A stretch of 64,000 nucleotides of DNA from an uncultured Actinomycetes bacterium. GTDB taxonomy: Bacteria; Actinomycetota; Thermoleophilia; Gaiellales; JAICJC01. The position numbers and the translations under genes are program-made. A model generated the notes under the pieces. It searched no databases. It was given only the letters and a program-made list of their open reading frames with translations, and was not told the DNA's origin. The stretch is from assembly GCA_963796875.1 (NCBI GenBank), contig CAWCNL010000004.1:43616-107615 (forward strand). Direction: 5' to 3'. Of this stretch, positions 42,749-51,524 are shown in pieces (position 1 is the stretch's first letter; each line of letters opens with the position of its first letter).

Positions 42749-42919
42749 TCAGACGGGTGGTAGCGGAGCCGTTGCGTCGGCTCCGTAGTCCGCCGCGAGC
42801 TCGCTCGACAACTGGCCAGAGCCCGTTTCAGGTTCGGTGTCTGCCGGGGGATGCCCCGACGCGACGATCTTCGTACCACGCCTGGTCAACGCGTCCATCA
42901 CTCGATCCAAGAACCCCAT
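42749..42919 (-). CDS. small acidic hypothetical protein (56 aa)
   Basis: GGAGGA lies 9 nt upstream of ATG 42919, reading MGFLDRVMDALTRRGTKIV.... Located immediately downstream of tRNA-Gln. Confidence 0.4.
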   Translation of the reverse strand: MGFLDRVMDALTRRGTKIVASGHPPADTEPETGSGQLSSELAADYGADATAPLPPV

Positions 42920-42964
42920 CCTTACTGATCCTCCGATCCACAGATCTCTGATGTGCGAGACGGA

Positions 42965-43035
42965 CTGCGGGGCAGGGACTCGAACCCCGACTACCTGATC
43001 CAGAGTCAGGCGTCCTACCATTAGACGACCCCGCA
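42965..43035 (-). tRNA. tRNA-Gln (anticodon CUG)
   Basis: 71-nt cloverleaf folded by hand: acceptor UGCGGGG/CCCCGCA with U1-A72 and G73; D-arm GUCU-AAUGGUA-GGAC; anticodon arm CCUGA-CUCUGGA-UCAGG; T-arm CGGGG-UUCGAGU-CCCUG. CCA is not encoded. Confidence 0.9.
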
Positions 43036-43076
43036 TAGGGCGGGCGGAAGGATACCAGAGGGCCGCTCTCTGCCGG

Positions 43077-43082
43077 TAGAGT
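43077..43082 (+). promoter_or_regulatory. -10 hexamer TAGAGT for leaderless Kelch-like gene
   Basis: TAGAGT-cggggc-ATG(43089), a 6-nt spacer. Confidence 0.45.
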
Positions 43083-43088
43083 CGGGGC

Positions 43089-44081
43089 ATGCTCGAGTGG
43101 CGCAAACTGGCCGATCTGCCGGCCTTCACCCGCTCTGCCGCACTCGTGGGCTCGACGCTCTATGCGATCGGCCCCAACAAGCGCGACACCGTCGCGGTCG
43201 ACCTCGAATCCGGGGCGGTCGAACGGCTGCCCGCGCCCAAGCACCACAACATGGGCGCCACGCTTGCGGCGCTCGGCGATCAGTGCCTGCTGATCGGCAG
43301 CAAGGGCAACGTGATGGTCTACGACCCCGCGCAGCACTCATGGCAGAGCGCCGGAAAGCTGCGTGAGCAGATGGTGCGCACGAGCACGGCAGCCTCGGGC
43401 GGTGCGCTCTACCTGTTTGGCGGACGGCAGCACCCCGGGCTTGCGGCTCGCGCGCTGAGGTCGATCGAGCGCTTCGACCTCGACACCGGCACCGCCGTCG
43501 CCGCCGGCACCCTCCCTCGGCCCCTCAGCGACTGCCTGGTCGCTGCGCGCAACGACGGCACCATCGACGTGCTCGGCGGCGACTACGTCGATTCCGGCGT
43601 GCGAGTTGGACCCGCACCCGAGACGGTGATGGCCGACTGGTTCACGTTCGACCCCTCGAGCGGCGTCACCGCAGAACATGGCACGGCCCCGCGCCCCCTC
43701 ACCCGCGGCGGCGCGGTGTGGGCGTGCGGCATTCTCTACCTGCTGGGTGGCGATGACGAGCGAGTCGCCAGCTATGACCCGGCAACGGGCCGCTGGCAGG
43801 AAGAGCGCCCCTTGCCCGCCCCTGGGGCGTACGCCGACGCGTTCGTGCGCGGCACCACCATCGTGGCCGTCCAGGGCAACGCGGTCAGCGTCGCCGAGCT
43901 ATCACCCGGCCCGGCAACGACCACGGTTGCTCCGGCGCCGGCCACCGAAGGTGCCGAAGCTTTCGTGGTCCGGGTGCAAGGCGATGCCGGCCCCTATCCC
44001 ACCCGTGAAGAAGCTGAGCGCATGGCCCTTGAGTTTCTGCGTGCCGGTCTCACCGCCGAGATCCGCCGCAGCGAGTCCTGA
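43089..44081 (+). CDS. Kelch-type beta-propeller protein with C-terminal SPOR-like tail
   Basis: Repeated G..LY..GG......V..YDP....W motifs. C-terminus FVVRVQGDAGPYPTREEAERMALEFLRAGLTAEIRR. Confidence 0.65.
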   Translation: MLEWRKLADLPAFTRSAALVGSTLYAIGPNKRDTVAVDLESGAVERLPAPKHHNMGATLAALGDQCLLIGSKGNVMVYDPAQHSWQSAGKLREQMVRTSTAASGGALYLFGGRQHPGLAARALRSIERFDLDTGTAVAAGTLPRPLSDCLVAARNDGTIDVLGGDYVDSGVRVGPAPETVMADWFTFDPSSGVTAEHGTAPRPLTRGGAVWACGILYLLGGDDERVASYDPATGRWQEERPLPAPGAYADAFVRGTTIVAVQGNAVSVAELSPGPATTTVAPAPATEGAEAFVVRVQGDAGPYPTREEAERMALEFLRAGLTAEIRRSES

Positions 44082-44852
44082 TCAGGCGTCCTGCGTGGCC
44101 GTGCGCCAGGCGCCCACGGCCAGGAAGACGGCCACCCAGGCGATCAGCACCACGACTGCGACGCCCACGCCCATTCCTGTCAGGTGCGAGCCTCCTCCTG
44201 CGGTCGGCCGCAGAGCGTCGACCGCTGCAGCAGGAATGACATCGCGCAGCGATCCGAGCGTGTTGATGGACGCGAGGATCGGCCCAATCGCCAACTCCGC
44301 CGCCAAGAGCACGCCGATCGCGATGCCGCGAGAGCCCAGCAGCGCTCCGAACCCCAGCGCGACGCAGAGGTCGAACACGCCCGATATCAGAAGCCACACA
44401 CCAAAATGCAGCGCCAGGCCGGCACTCGCCGTCTGCTGATCGCCGGCAAGCAGATAGCTCACGGCCAGCGCGATCAGAAAGCTCACCACGAGCAGCGGGA
44501 CAAACAGCAGCAGGGCGCCGGGCAACCGCACGAAGAACAGCCCCACCCGCGAATGTCCCGTCGAAACCAGATCGCGGAACACTCCCGCGCTCACGTCGCC
44601 CGAGCCTGCCGTGGTGCCAATCAGCACGGCCACGAGCACCGCGAACGCACCGACTCCCGAGAGCACGCCGCCGAGGTTATCGATGCCGCCGGCAGGCCCA
44701 TGGTTGGCGCTGTCGGCAAGGTGCACGATCTCGACGATCGCCTCGATCACGATCACCGAGCCGATCAGGAGCACAACCGACCACCAGAAGAGCCCGACGC
44801 GCTTGCGCAGCTTGAGGTACTCGGCGCCGATCATCTGGCGGGTCTGGATCAT
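44082..44852 (-). CDS. ABC-2-type exporter permease
   Basis: Six predicted TM segments. ATGA-type overlap with the upstream ATPase gene. Confidence 0.75.
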   Translation of the reverse strand: MIQTRQMIGAEYLKLRKRVGLFWWSVVLLIGSVIVIEAIVEIVHLADSANHGPAGGIDNLGGVLSGVGAFAVLVAVLIGTTAGSGDVSAGVFRDLVSTGHSRVGLFFVRLPGALLLFVPLLVVSFLIALAVSYLLAGDQQTASAGLALHFGVWLLISGVFDLCVALGFGALLGSRGIAIGVLLAAELAIGPILASINTLGSLRDVIPAAAVDALRPTAGGGSHLTGMGVGVAVVVLIAWVAVFLAVGAWRTATQDA

Positions 44853-45808
44853 TCGCTCTCTCCAAGCCGCGAGGTGATCTCGAGGAACCGCTCTTCGAGC
44901 GACACGCGCGCGGGATCGATTCGGTGCACCGCAAACCCTGCCTCGACGAGCTGGCGGTTGAGCGCGGCCGCAGCCGCCTCGGTTGCGTCCCCGTCGCTCA
45001 GGCGGATACGCAACTCCCCGTGGACGTCGCCCTCCCCCACATCGGCCACGAGCGCGTTTTCGCGCAGCAGCCGACCGGCCTCGTCTGCACGATCACAGCC
45101 GACGATCACGACGTGTTCGTGGCCCGCGGCGATCTCGTCGATCGCCCCCTGCACAACCACCTTCCCGTGATCGATGATGGCCACCTGGTCGCACGTGCGC
45201 TCGACCTCGTCCAGCAGATGCGAGCTGAGAAACACCGTGCGGCCCTCGTTGACGAAATCCCGGATCAACCCGCGCATCTCGAGGATTCCCGCGGGATCGA
45301 GCCCATTCATCGGCTCGTCGAGAATCAGGAGCGCGGGATCGGACAGCAGGCACCGGGCGATGCCGAGCCTCTGGCGCATGCCCAGCGAATACCCCTTCAC
45401 CTTGTCGTTGGCGCGCCCGGTGAGACCAACTCGCTCGAGCGACGGCTCGATGCGCGCAGAGCATTCGGGGCCGCGCACTGCCGCCGCACAGCGCAGGTTC
45501 TCGAGCCCCGTGAGATGGCCGTGGAACCGCGGCTCCTCGACAATCGCCCCTACTCGCCGTAGCGCCACCGAACGCTGTGCCGGCACCTCCATGCCCAGCA
45601 GCTGCATCTGACCGTCACTGGCGTGCAGGAGGCCGAGCAGCATGCGGATCAGCGTGGTCTTGCCCGCGCCGTTGGGCCCGAGAAATCCGAAGGCACAGCC
45701 CGCCGGAACGGTCAGATCGACCCGGTCGACCGCAACCCGCGTCCCGAACCGCTTGGTCAATCCTGCAGTTTCGACAACTGCACCAGATTGTGATTGAGGA
45801 GTTGCCAC
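44849..45808 (-). CDS. ABC transporter ATP-binding protein
   Basis: Walker A GPNGAGKTT, signature YSLGMRQRLG, Walker B LLILDEPMNGLD, H-loop SSHLL. GTG 45808. Confidence 0.92.
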   Translation of the reverse strand: MATPQSQSGAVVETAGLTKRFGTRVAVDRVDLTVPAGCAFGFLGPNGAGKTTLIRMLLGLLHASDGQMQLLGMEVPAQRSVALRRVGAIVEEPRFHGHLTGLENLRCAAAVRGPECSARIEPSLERVGLTGRANDKVKGYSLGMRQRLGIARCLLSDPALLILDEPMNGLDPAGILEMRGLIRDFVNEGRTVFLSSHLLDEVERTCDQVAIIDHGKVVVQGAIDEIAAGHEHVVIVGCDRADEAGRLLRENALVADVGEGDVHGELRIRLSDGDATEAAAAALNRQLVEAGFAVHRIDPARVSLEERFLEITSRLGESE

Positions 45809-45845
45809 GATCTCGGATGCTACCAAGACAGCGCGGACGTCACGG

Positions 45846-46328
45846 TCAGCGGCGCAGAGTGCCGGCCAACCGCAGCGGGTTGAGGAGGAGATCGAGCGCG
45901 TCGCCGATCGACCCCGACACGACATCCGCAGCGGTCAGCGCAGCGACCGCGGCTCCCTCCGCCCCGATCACGCAGATGCCAAGCGCCGCGGCTGCCAGCA
46001 TGAGAGCGTCGTTGCGGCCGTTGCCCACGGCTGCCACCGAGCCGGCGCCCAGCCGCAACACGAACGCGCGCTTCGCCTGGTCCTGCGGCTGACCGGTACC
46101 GAGTTGGGTGAACGCGCACCCGAGCGTCGCAGCGATCTGGCCCGCGGTGCCATGGGTATCCGCCGAGATCACGTGGCACTCCAGGGACTGGGCCAGCAGC
46201 GCGATCCGCTCCTGCACGCCCGGCAGCAGTACGCCGTCGGTGCTGAGCGTGCCGTTCACGTCGAGCACCAGGTGGCGCAGCTCGAGTGCTGCGCCACCGG
46301 GAATCGCGACCTGTAAGCCGGCGCCCAT
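45846..46328 (-). CDS. HAD-superfamily hydrolase (soluble P-type-ATPase-like, COG4087-type)
   Basis: LVLDVNGTL (DxxGT), AVGNGRNDALML (GDGxND-like). Confidence 0.75.
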   Translation of the reverse strand: MGAGLQVAIPGGAALELRHLVLDVNGTLSTDGVLLPGVQERIALLAQSLECHVISADTHGTAGQIAATLGCAFTQLGTGQPQDQAKRAFVLRLGAGSVAAVGNGRNDALMLAAAALGICVIGAEGAAVAALTAADVVSGSIGDALDLLLNPLRLAGTLRR

Positions 46329-46334
46329 CGCCCC

Positions 46335-46340
46335 ACCCTA
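46335..46340 (-). promoter_or_regulatory. -10 hexamer TAGGGT for leaderless HAD/ABC operon
   Basis: Minus strand reads TAGGGT-GGGGCG-ATG(46328), a 6-nt spacer. Confidence 0.45.
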
Positions 46341-46351
46341 CCCCGCACCGC

Positions 46352-48163
46352 TCAGGGCGAAGGGCAACGTGCTGGCACGTTTGTTGCGTAGGAGATCGTG
46401 ATCGAGCGGGTCTGGGACGTGCCCAGCGGCTGGTTGGTGACCGAGTCGGTCGCCGACCAGGCCACCGTCTCGGACGCCGTACCCGCGGCGAAGACCACCG
46501 AGCCGGTGTGCTTGGCGACCGCCGACCACTTGGTAGAGGTGGTCACGCCGCACGGAACCGTGGCGGTGAACGTGCCGGTCGCACCGGTCGCCGCCTGGGT
46601 CACCGAACCGCTGATGGTGATGCTGCTCGCACCCGTGCAGGTGTACGTGCCCTTGACGGTCACATTGCCACTCGAACCGACCGTGGCCGTTCCGGAGGCG
46701 GCGAACGTGATCTGAGCGCTGCCGGTGCCACTCGACTGGATCACGACCGTGTCGGTGATCCAGTTGCTGGTATTGCCGGCGGCGTCATAGGCCTGGAACC
46801 GCACGAGCGTGGTGCCCACGGTCGACACGGTCGCGCTGGCCACGTTGTGGCTGACGCTCCAGGTGGTGCCGTTGTCCGTCGAGGTCTGGTACCGGTAGCC
46901 CACGAATCCAGGGCCCGAATCCGTCGAACCCGACGCGTTCACCGTCACGCTGCCGGCCGTCGTCGGCTGGCCACCGGCGGTATCGGAAACCGTGGGATCG
47001 GTGATCGTGGTGAACTCCGCAAAGCCCTGCTGATTGACCGAACCGGCCTTCGTGAAGTCGCCGCCGATGGCCAGGTTGCCGCCCGACCCGGCCACCGCGA
47101 ACACGCCCAGGTCGCCGTTGGCCGACGGATGCCACGCGTCGAGCGCACCGGACTGCTCGGTGAGCGCCAGCAGGTGGTTTCGCACCGTCGGTGTGCGGCA
47201 CACATTCGAGCCGGGCACCGCGCCGCAGTAGTTGGCGAAGTGTCCGCCGACATAGACCAGGCCGTTGAGGATGGCGACCGCCTGGACGTTTCCGTCCATG
47301 CCGCCGATCCAGTTCTGCGCGCCGGTGCTGGGGTTGAAGGCCAGCACCTGGCCGCCGTTGCCGCCGTTGCTGCCGGTGGACGCCACGTAGACGCCAGTCG
47401 AGTCCACGGCCATATCGACCACTGCGGCCGTCGGATGGGCGGCCCAGGCAAGCGGCGCTCCGGTGCTCGGGTCGAGTGCGGCCAGGTAGCGCTGCAGGCT
47501 CGTGCCGATGTGCTGGAACGTGCCACCGACAAATACGTGGGTGCCGTCCGCGGAGACAGCGACGCTGTTCACCGTGTTGTCGGCGCTGGGCGCCCAGGCG
47601 GTGAGGTTGCCCGCGGTCAGGTCGAATGCCGCCAGATGGTTTCGGGCAGTGCCGCCCTTGGCGGTCGTGAACTGGCCACCGGCATAGAGCACGCCGTTAC
47701 CCAGCGCGAGGCTCATCACCTGGCCGTTGGCCGACCCCTTCCAGGCCGAGACCACGGCGCCGGTGGTCGCATCGACAGCCGCAAGGTGGCTCGAGTTCTT
47801 GCCGCCGATCGTGGTGAAGAGCCCACCCAGATAGACCGTCGAACCGTTTACGACGGCCGTCTGCACGGTGTTGTTCGCGTTCGGGTTCCACGGCAGGAGC
47901 GCGCCGGTCGAAAGGCTCACCGCCGCGGCGTTGTTGCGAGCCACCTCGCCGGTGCCAAGCGCAGCGCCGGCCGGACGCACCGACGTGAACTTGCCGACCA
48001 GATAGGCGGTATCGCCCGAGATCACGATCTGCTCGACGCGACCGTTGGTCTGATAGGTGCCCACGGCGATCGAGTTGACCGCACCCTGCGACACCGACGC
48101 CACGCACAACGCAACCGCAACCACACTCATAGCCGCGCACAACCGCCCGAAACGGACCTTCAC
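46352..48163 (-). CDS. secreted beta-propeller repeat protein (paralogue of 24714-26525) with Ig-like C-terminal domains
   Basis: Intact. GGAGG lies 5 nt upstream of GTG 48163. Signal peptide VKVRFGRLCAAMSVVAVALCVASVSQGA. Same repeat units as the paralogue (VYLGGLFTTIGG, LYAGGQFTTAKG, VFVGGTFQHIG, VYVGGHFANYCG). Confidence 0.75.
   Translation of the reverse strand: MKVRFGRLCAAMSVVAVALCVASVSQGAVNSIAVGTYQTNGRVEQIVISGDTAYLVGKFTSVRPAGAALGTGEVARNNAAAVSLSTGALLPWNPNANNTVQTAVVNGSTVYLGGLFTTIGGKNSSHLAAVDATTGAVVSAWKGSANGQVMSLALGNGVLYAGGQFTTAKGGTARNHLAAFDLTAGNLTAWAPSADNTVNSVAVSADGTHVFVGGTFQHIGTSLQRYLAALDPSTGAPLAWAAHPTAAVVDMAVDSTGVYVASTGSNGGNGGQVLAFNPSTGAQNWIGGMDGNVQAVAILNGLVYVGGHFANYCGAVPGSNVCRTPTVRNHLLALTEQSGALDAWHPSANGDLGVFAVAGSGGNLAIGGDFTKAGSVNQQGFAEFTTITDPTVSDTAGGQPTTAGSVTVNASGSTDSGPGFVGYRYQTSTDNGTTWSVSHNVASATVSTVGTTLVRFQAYDAAGNTSNWITDTVVIQSSGTGSAQITFAASGTATVGSSGNVTVKGTYTCTGASSITISGSVTQAATGATGTFTATVPCGVTTSTKWSAVAKHTGSVVFAAGTASETVAWSATDSVTNQPLGTSQTRSITISYATNVPARCPSP
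46364..46388. repeat. degenerate D-type palindrome embedded in the last codons of the propeller gene
   Basis: Minus strand reads CGCAACAAACGTGCCAGCACGTTGC. The left arm is intact and the right arm is shortened. It encodes ...YATNVPARCPSP*. Confidence 0.55.
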
Positions 48164-48347
48164 CTGGACCTCCGTGAAATCTGGCATCCCTGCAGGCGGC
48201 ATCTGCACCCATGTCACTGCCGACGCGCCGCCCACCTCGAAAACTTCATAACCAGTCTACCCGCCGGTCCGGCGGGCGTCGAGATGCCGTACGTCGATTC
48301 TCAGAAACCCTAAATCCGCCGTCGGCCCAACCGGTCATACTCGGCCG

Positions 48348-50048
48348 ATGCAATGGCTCAAGCGCCACATCACCGTGCTGGAGGGAGTCAATCCCTACGA
48401 CCGCAGCTTCCTCGGCACCGATCTGCTCGCGGGGGTCACCCTGGCGGCCCTCGCGATCCCCGAGGTGATGGGCTACGCCAGGATCGCCGGCACGCCGGTG
48501 ATCACCGGGCTCTACACGATCCTCCTGCCCACGCTCGCGTTCGCGCTACTGGGCTCGTCGCGCCATCTGGTGGTGGGCGGCGATTCGGCGACGGCGGCCA
48601 TCCTGGCGGCGGGACTCGCCGGACTCTCGACCGCGGGAGTGGTGCCGGGCTCACCGCAGTGGCTGGGCCTCGCAGGTGGTGCAGCGCTGATCACGGGCGT
48701 CTTGCTGCTGCTGGCACGGCTGGCACGGCTCGGGTTTCTGGCGAACTTCATCTCGCGCACGGTGCTGGTCGGATTCCTCACCGGAGTCGGCATTCAGGTC
48801 GCGGCGGGCCAGGTGGCGGGGATGCTCGGGGTCCCGTCGCCCCAGCTGGGATCGACGGTGGGCAGCGGCACCGTCCAGAAGCTGTGGGACACGCTCAAGG
48901 AGATCGGCTCGGCGCACGGCACGACGGTGCTGGTGACGGTTGCGGTACTGGCCACCGTGGTGATCTTCGATCGGTTTGGGCGGCGCGTACCCGGCGGCCT
49001 GGTGGCCGTGGTGGGGACGATCGCCGTCAGCTGGATCGGGAATCTGGCCGCGCACGGCGTGGCGATCCTCGGACCGGTTCCCAGCGGCCTGCCCCACCTC
49101 GGACTGCCGTACGACTTCGGCGTGGCGCAGATCCCCGAACTGCTGGGGATGTCGGCGTCGATGTTCCTCGTGATCCTCGCCCAGAGCGCGGCCACCTCGC
49201 GTGCCTACGCCGTGACCCGGCAGGAGCAGTTCGATGAGAACACCGATCTGGTCGGCCTCAGCGTCGCCAACATCGCCGCGGGTCTGAGCGGCACGTTCAT
49301 GGTCAACGGCAGCCCCACCAAGACCGAGATCGTGGCCGACGCGGGCGGGCGCACACAGGTGGCCCAGATGGGCATGGTGGGCGTCGTGGCGATCGTGCTG
49401 GTGTTTCTCACCGGGCCGCTGCAGTACCTGCCCGAAGCGACGCTCTCGGCGGTGGTGTTCGTGATCGGCCTGAAGCTGGTCGACGTTGCGCACATGCGCG
49501 AGATCTGGCGACTGCGGCGCGACGAGTTCTGGGTTGCCGCCGCCACGGCGCTGGTGGTGATCGCCGTGGGCGTCGAGCAGGGCATCATCCTCGCCATCGT
49601 CTTCTCGCTGCTCCTGCACGTACGCCGCCACTACAACCCGCACGACTCGGTGGTCACCATCGATGCTTCCGGCCAGGTGCGGCTACGGCCAGTCACGGCC
49701 GGGATGCAGACCGCGCCGGGATTCGTGGCCTTTCGCCCAGGCGTCGGGATCTTCTACGCGAACGCCGCCCACGTGGCCACCGACATCCTGAAGTCGGCCG
49801 ACGTGCCGGAACCGCCGCGCTGGATCGTGCTGATCGCCGACGCAGTCGACGACATCGACTACACCGGCGGAAAGACGCTGCTCGAGGTGGCCGCGCAGCT
49901 GCACAAGCGCAACATCGTCTTTGCCATCGCCCAGGCCGACCCCGAGGTATGCGCCGAGCTCGAGCGATTCGGCATCATCGCCGCCATCGGCAAGGAGCAC
50001 GTTTTCGACACGGCGCTCGACGCACGGCGGGCGTTCGAGGCGGGCTGA
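48348..50048 (+). CDS. SulP-family anion transporter with C-terminal STAS domain
   Basis: Intact 566-aa ORF. AIPEVMGYARIAG..PVITGLYT and FMVNGSPTKTE motifs plus a STAS-like tail. Confidence 0.92.
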   Translation: MQWLKRHITVLEGVNPYDRSFLGTDLLAGVTLAALAIPEVMGYARIAGTPVITGLYTILLPTLAFALLGSSRHLVVGGDSATAAILAAGLAGLSTAGVVPGSPQWLGLAGGAALITGVLLLLARLARLGFLANFISRTVLVGFLTGVGIQVAAGQVAGMLGVPSPQLGSTVGSGTVQKLWDTLKEIGSAHGTTVLVTVAVLATVVIFDRFGRRVPGGLVAVVGTIAVSWIGNLAAHGVAILGPVPSGLPHLGLPYDFGVAQIPELLGMSASMFLVILAQSAATSRAYAVTRQEQFDENTDLVGLSVANIAAGLSGTFMVNGSPTKTEIVADAGGRTQVAQMGMVGVVAIVLVFLTGPLQYLPEATLSAVVFVIGLKLVDVAHMREIWRLRRDEFWVAAATALVVIAVGVEQGIILAIVFSLLLHVRRHYNPHDSVVTIDASGQVRLRPVTAGMQTAPGFVAFRPGVGIFYANAAHVATDILKSADVPEPPRWIVLIADAVDDIDYTGGKTLLEVAAQLHKRNIVFAIAQADPEVCAELERFGIIAAIGKEHVFDTALDARRAFEAG

Positions 50049-50061
50049 GCCGAGCCGGCGG

Positions 50062-50256
50062 TCAGCGCGTCGCTGCGAGCACCGCGCCCATGATCAGCGC
50101 TGCGGCCAACGCTGCAAGCCCCAGCCCCGAGCCGAGCGATCCGGCGGTCAGTTCCCACACGGCTGCGGCCGCCGCGACCAGGCTTCCGGCCAGCAGCGCC
50201 AGCGCCGAGCCGTGCAGAAGGGCGCGTAACGGGACGTATTCGTCGTGGTCGTCCAC
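50062..50256 (-). CDS. small two-TM hypothetical protein (64 aa)
   Basis: The leaderless pattern TAGGGT-N6-GTG(50256) supports it. Hydrophobic Ala/Leu/Gly-rich body. Confidence 0.45.
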   Translation of the reverse strand: MDDHDEYVPLRALLHGSALALLAGSLVAAAAAVWELTAGSLGSGLGLAALAAALIMGAVLAATR

Positions 50257-50262
50257 GCCCCG

Positions 50263-50268
50263 ACCCTA
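50263..50268 (-). promoter_or_regulatory. -10 hexamer TAGGGT
   Basis: Minus strand reads TAGGGT-CGGGGC-GTG(50256). Confidence 0.4.
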
Positions 50269-50306
50269 TGCCCAGCGACCACCCGAGGCAGTGGGCCAAA
50301 CGCCCC

Positions 50307-50496
50307 AAACGCATACCCCGTGCCTGGCACGTTTTATGCGTGCTACGCCCAGCCACAGCAAACCGAAGCGCATACCCCGTGCCAGGCACGTTTTATGCGT
50401 GCTGCGCCCAGCCACACGGAAGCCGAAACGCATACCCCGTGCCAGGCACGTTTTATGCGTGCTTCGCCCGCATAAAAAGAGCCAGGCACATTTTCC
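50307..50496. repeat. tandem array: three 59-60-bp units each carrying hairpin GCATACCCCGTGCC(A/T)GGCACGTTTTATGC, plus a fourth degenerate hairpin
   Basis: Hairpin starts at 50311, 50370 and 50430. Inter-hairpin segments are also similar (CGCCCAGCCACA..GAA.CCGAA). Last unit reads CGCATAAAAAGAGCCAGGCACATTTTCCG. Confidence 0.85.
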
Positions 50497-50553
50497 GCCG
50501 CGCCGCTCGCTGCTTCTGTCTATGCGTCCGGCCTGCGGCCGGCCGCATAGACC

Positions 50554-51476
50554 TCAGCCGTTGCGCAGGCTCGAGGTGTCGACCACCTCGAAGTCGTTCC
50601 CCGAGATCTGGTTCAGCTGGTGCAGGGCATCGTCGTTCCAGCCGGCATTCGAGACCCCCGAGATGTACCAGGGCGAGCCGTTGTCGGCCAGGATCATGCC
50701 GTAGCGCTTGAGCGCGGTCGCGATCGGCCGCGCCTGCGGCGGCAGCTGCGACACGTCGAACGACGCCTTGAGCCGCACCCGCAGCCCCATCGGCGGGTAG
50801 TCCGCACAGCTCAGCGAGCTCGGCCGCGTGCCGGGCCGGATAGATGTAGCCGTTGCACGTGTCGGGCGCGGTGAACCGCAGCGCGTGGTTGATCACGCCG
50901 TTGGCGTCCTCCTGGTAGCGCACGAGTCCCGGCAGGATCGGCAGCCCCGCGGCGTCGGCGCTCGTCCAGCCCGCGCGGCGCAGGTTGTTGGAGCGCAGGT
51001 TCCAGGTCGCCCCCGAACCGGCCTGCCAGCCCTTCGACGTGTGATGCGCAGACCAGAGCTCGTACAGCTGGCAGTGGGTCTTGTCCACGATCAGCAGGTG
51101 GTGATCGGAACCCGCCTCGATGTGCGGATGGGCCGGAATCGGATAGCCGCCGCGGTAGCTCTCGCTCGCGTACTGGATCTTGACGGCGACCTTCTTCTGG
51201 CTCCCGCCGACGACGTTGTAGGGAATCCCGTAGCCCAGATACGAACCGAAGTCGGGATGCACGCCGGTCTGGGCGCCGATCGCATTGATCATCGTGGCCG
51301 AGTTGGCCGCCACCGGCAGCGTGTCGACCCGCTTGTTCCACACGTTGGTGGTGGGAAACACGGGGCACGCCGGCGCCGACGGTAGCGGCAGCGGCCGCCG
51401 CAACGCCGGTGATCACCACGGTTACGGCTGCGGCCACAAGAGCGCAGCCCAGCGCGATCAGCTGTTTCGACCCCAT
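50554..51476 (-). CDS. secreted hypothetical protein; two apparent frameshifts (~51370, ~50810)
   Basis: Signal anchor MGSKQLIALGCALVAAAVTVV. The body (FPTTNVWNKRVDTLPV...HHLLIVDKTHCQLYELW...INHALRF...) and tail (ATALKRYGMILADNGSPWYISG) lie in three frames. Confidence 0.55.
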
Positions 51477-51524
51477 GCCTCTAGCTATCGGCATCCGCGC
51501 GGGCCGAGCCCTCCCCCAGCCGGG

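Noticed and set aside
42965-43035. tRNA-Gln as the attachment site of an integrated island or prophage.
   Set aside because: There is no integrase, recombinase or phage gene, and I found no direct repeat of the tRNA 3' end anywhere in 37000-42964. It is retained only as a weak compositional hint.
50307-50496. Possible CRISPR array (regularly spaced palindromic repeats).
   Set aside because: There are only three to four units. The 'spacers' are similar to each other (CGCCCAGCCACA..GAA.CCGAA), so the whole 59-60-bp unit is what repeats. There are no cas genes in the window.
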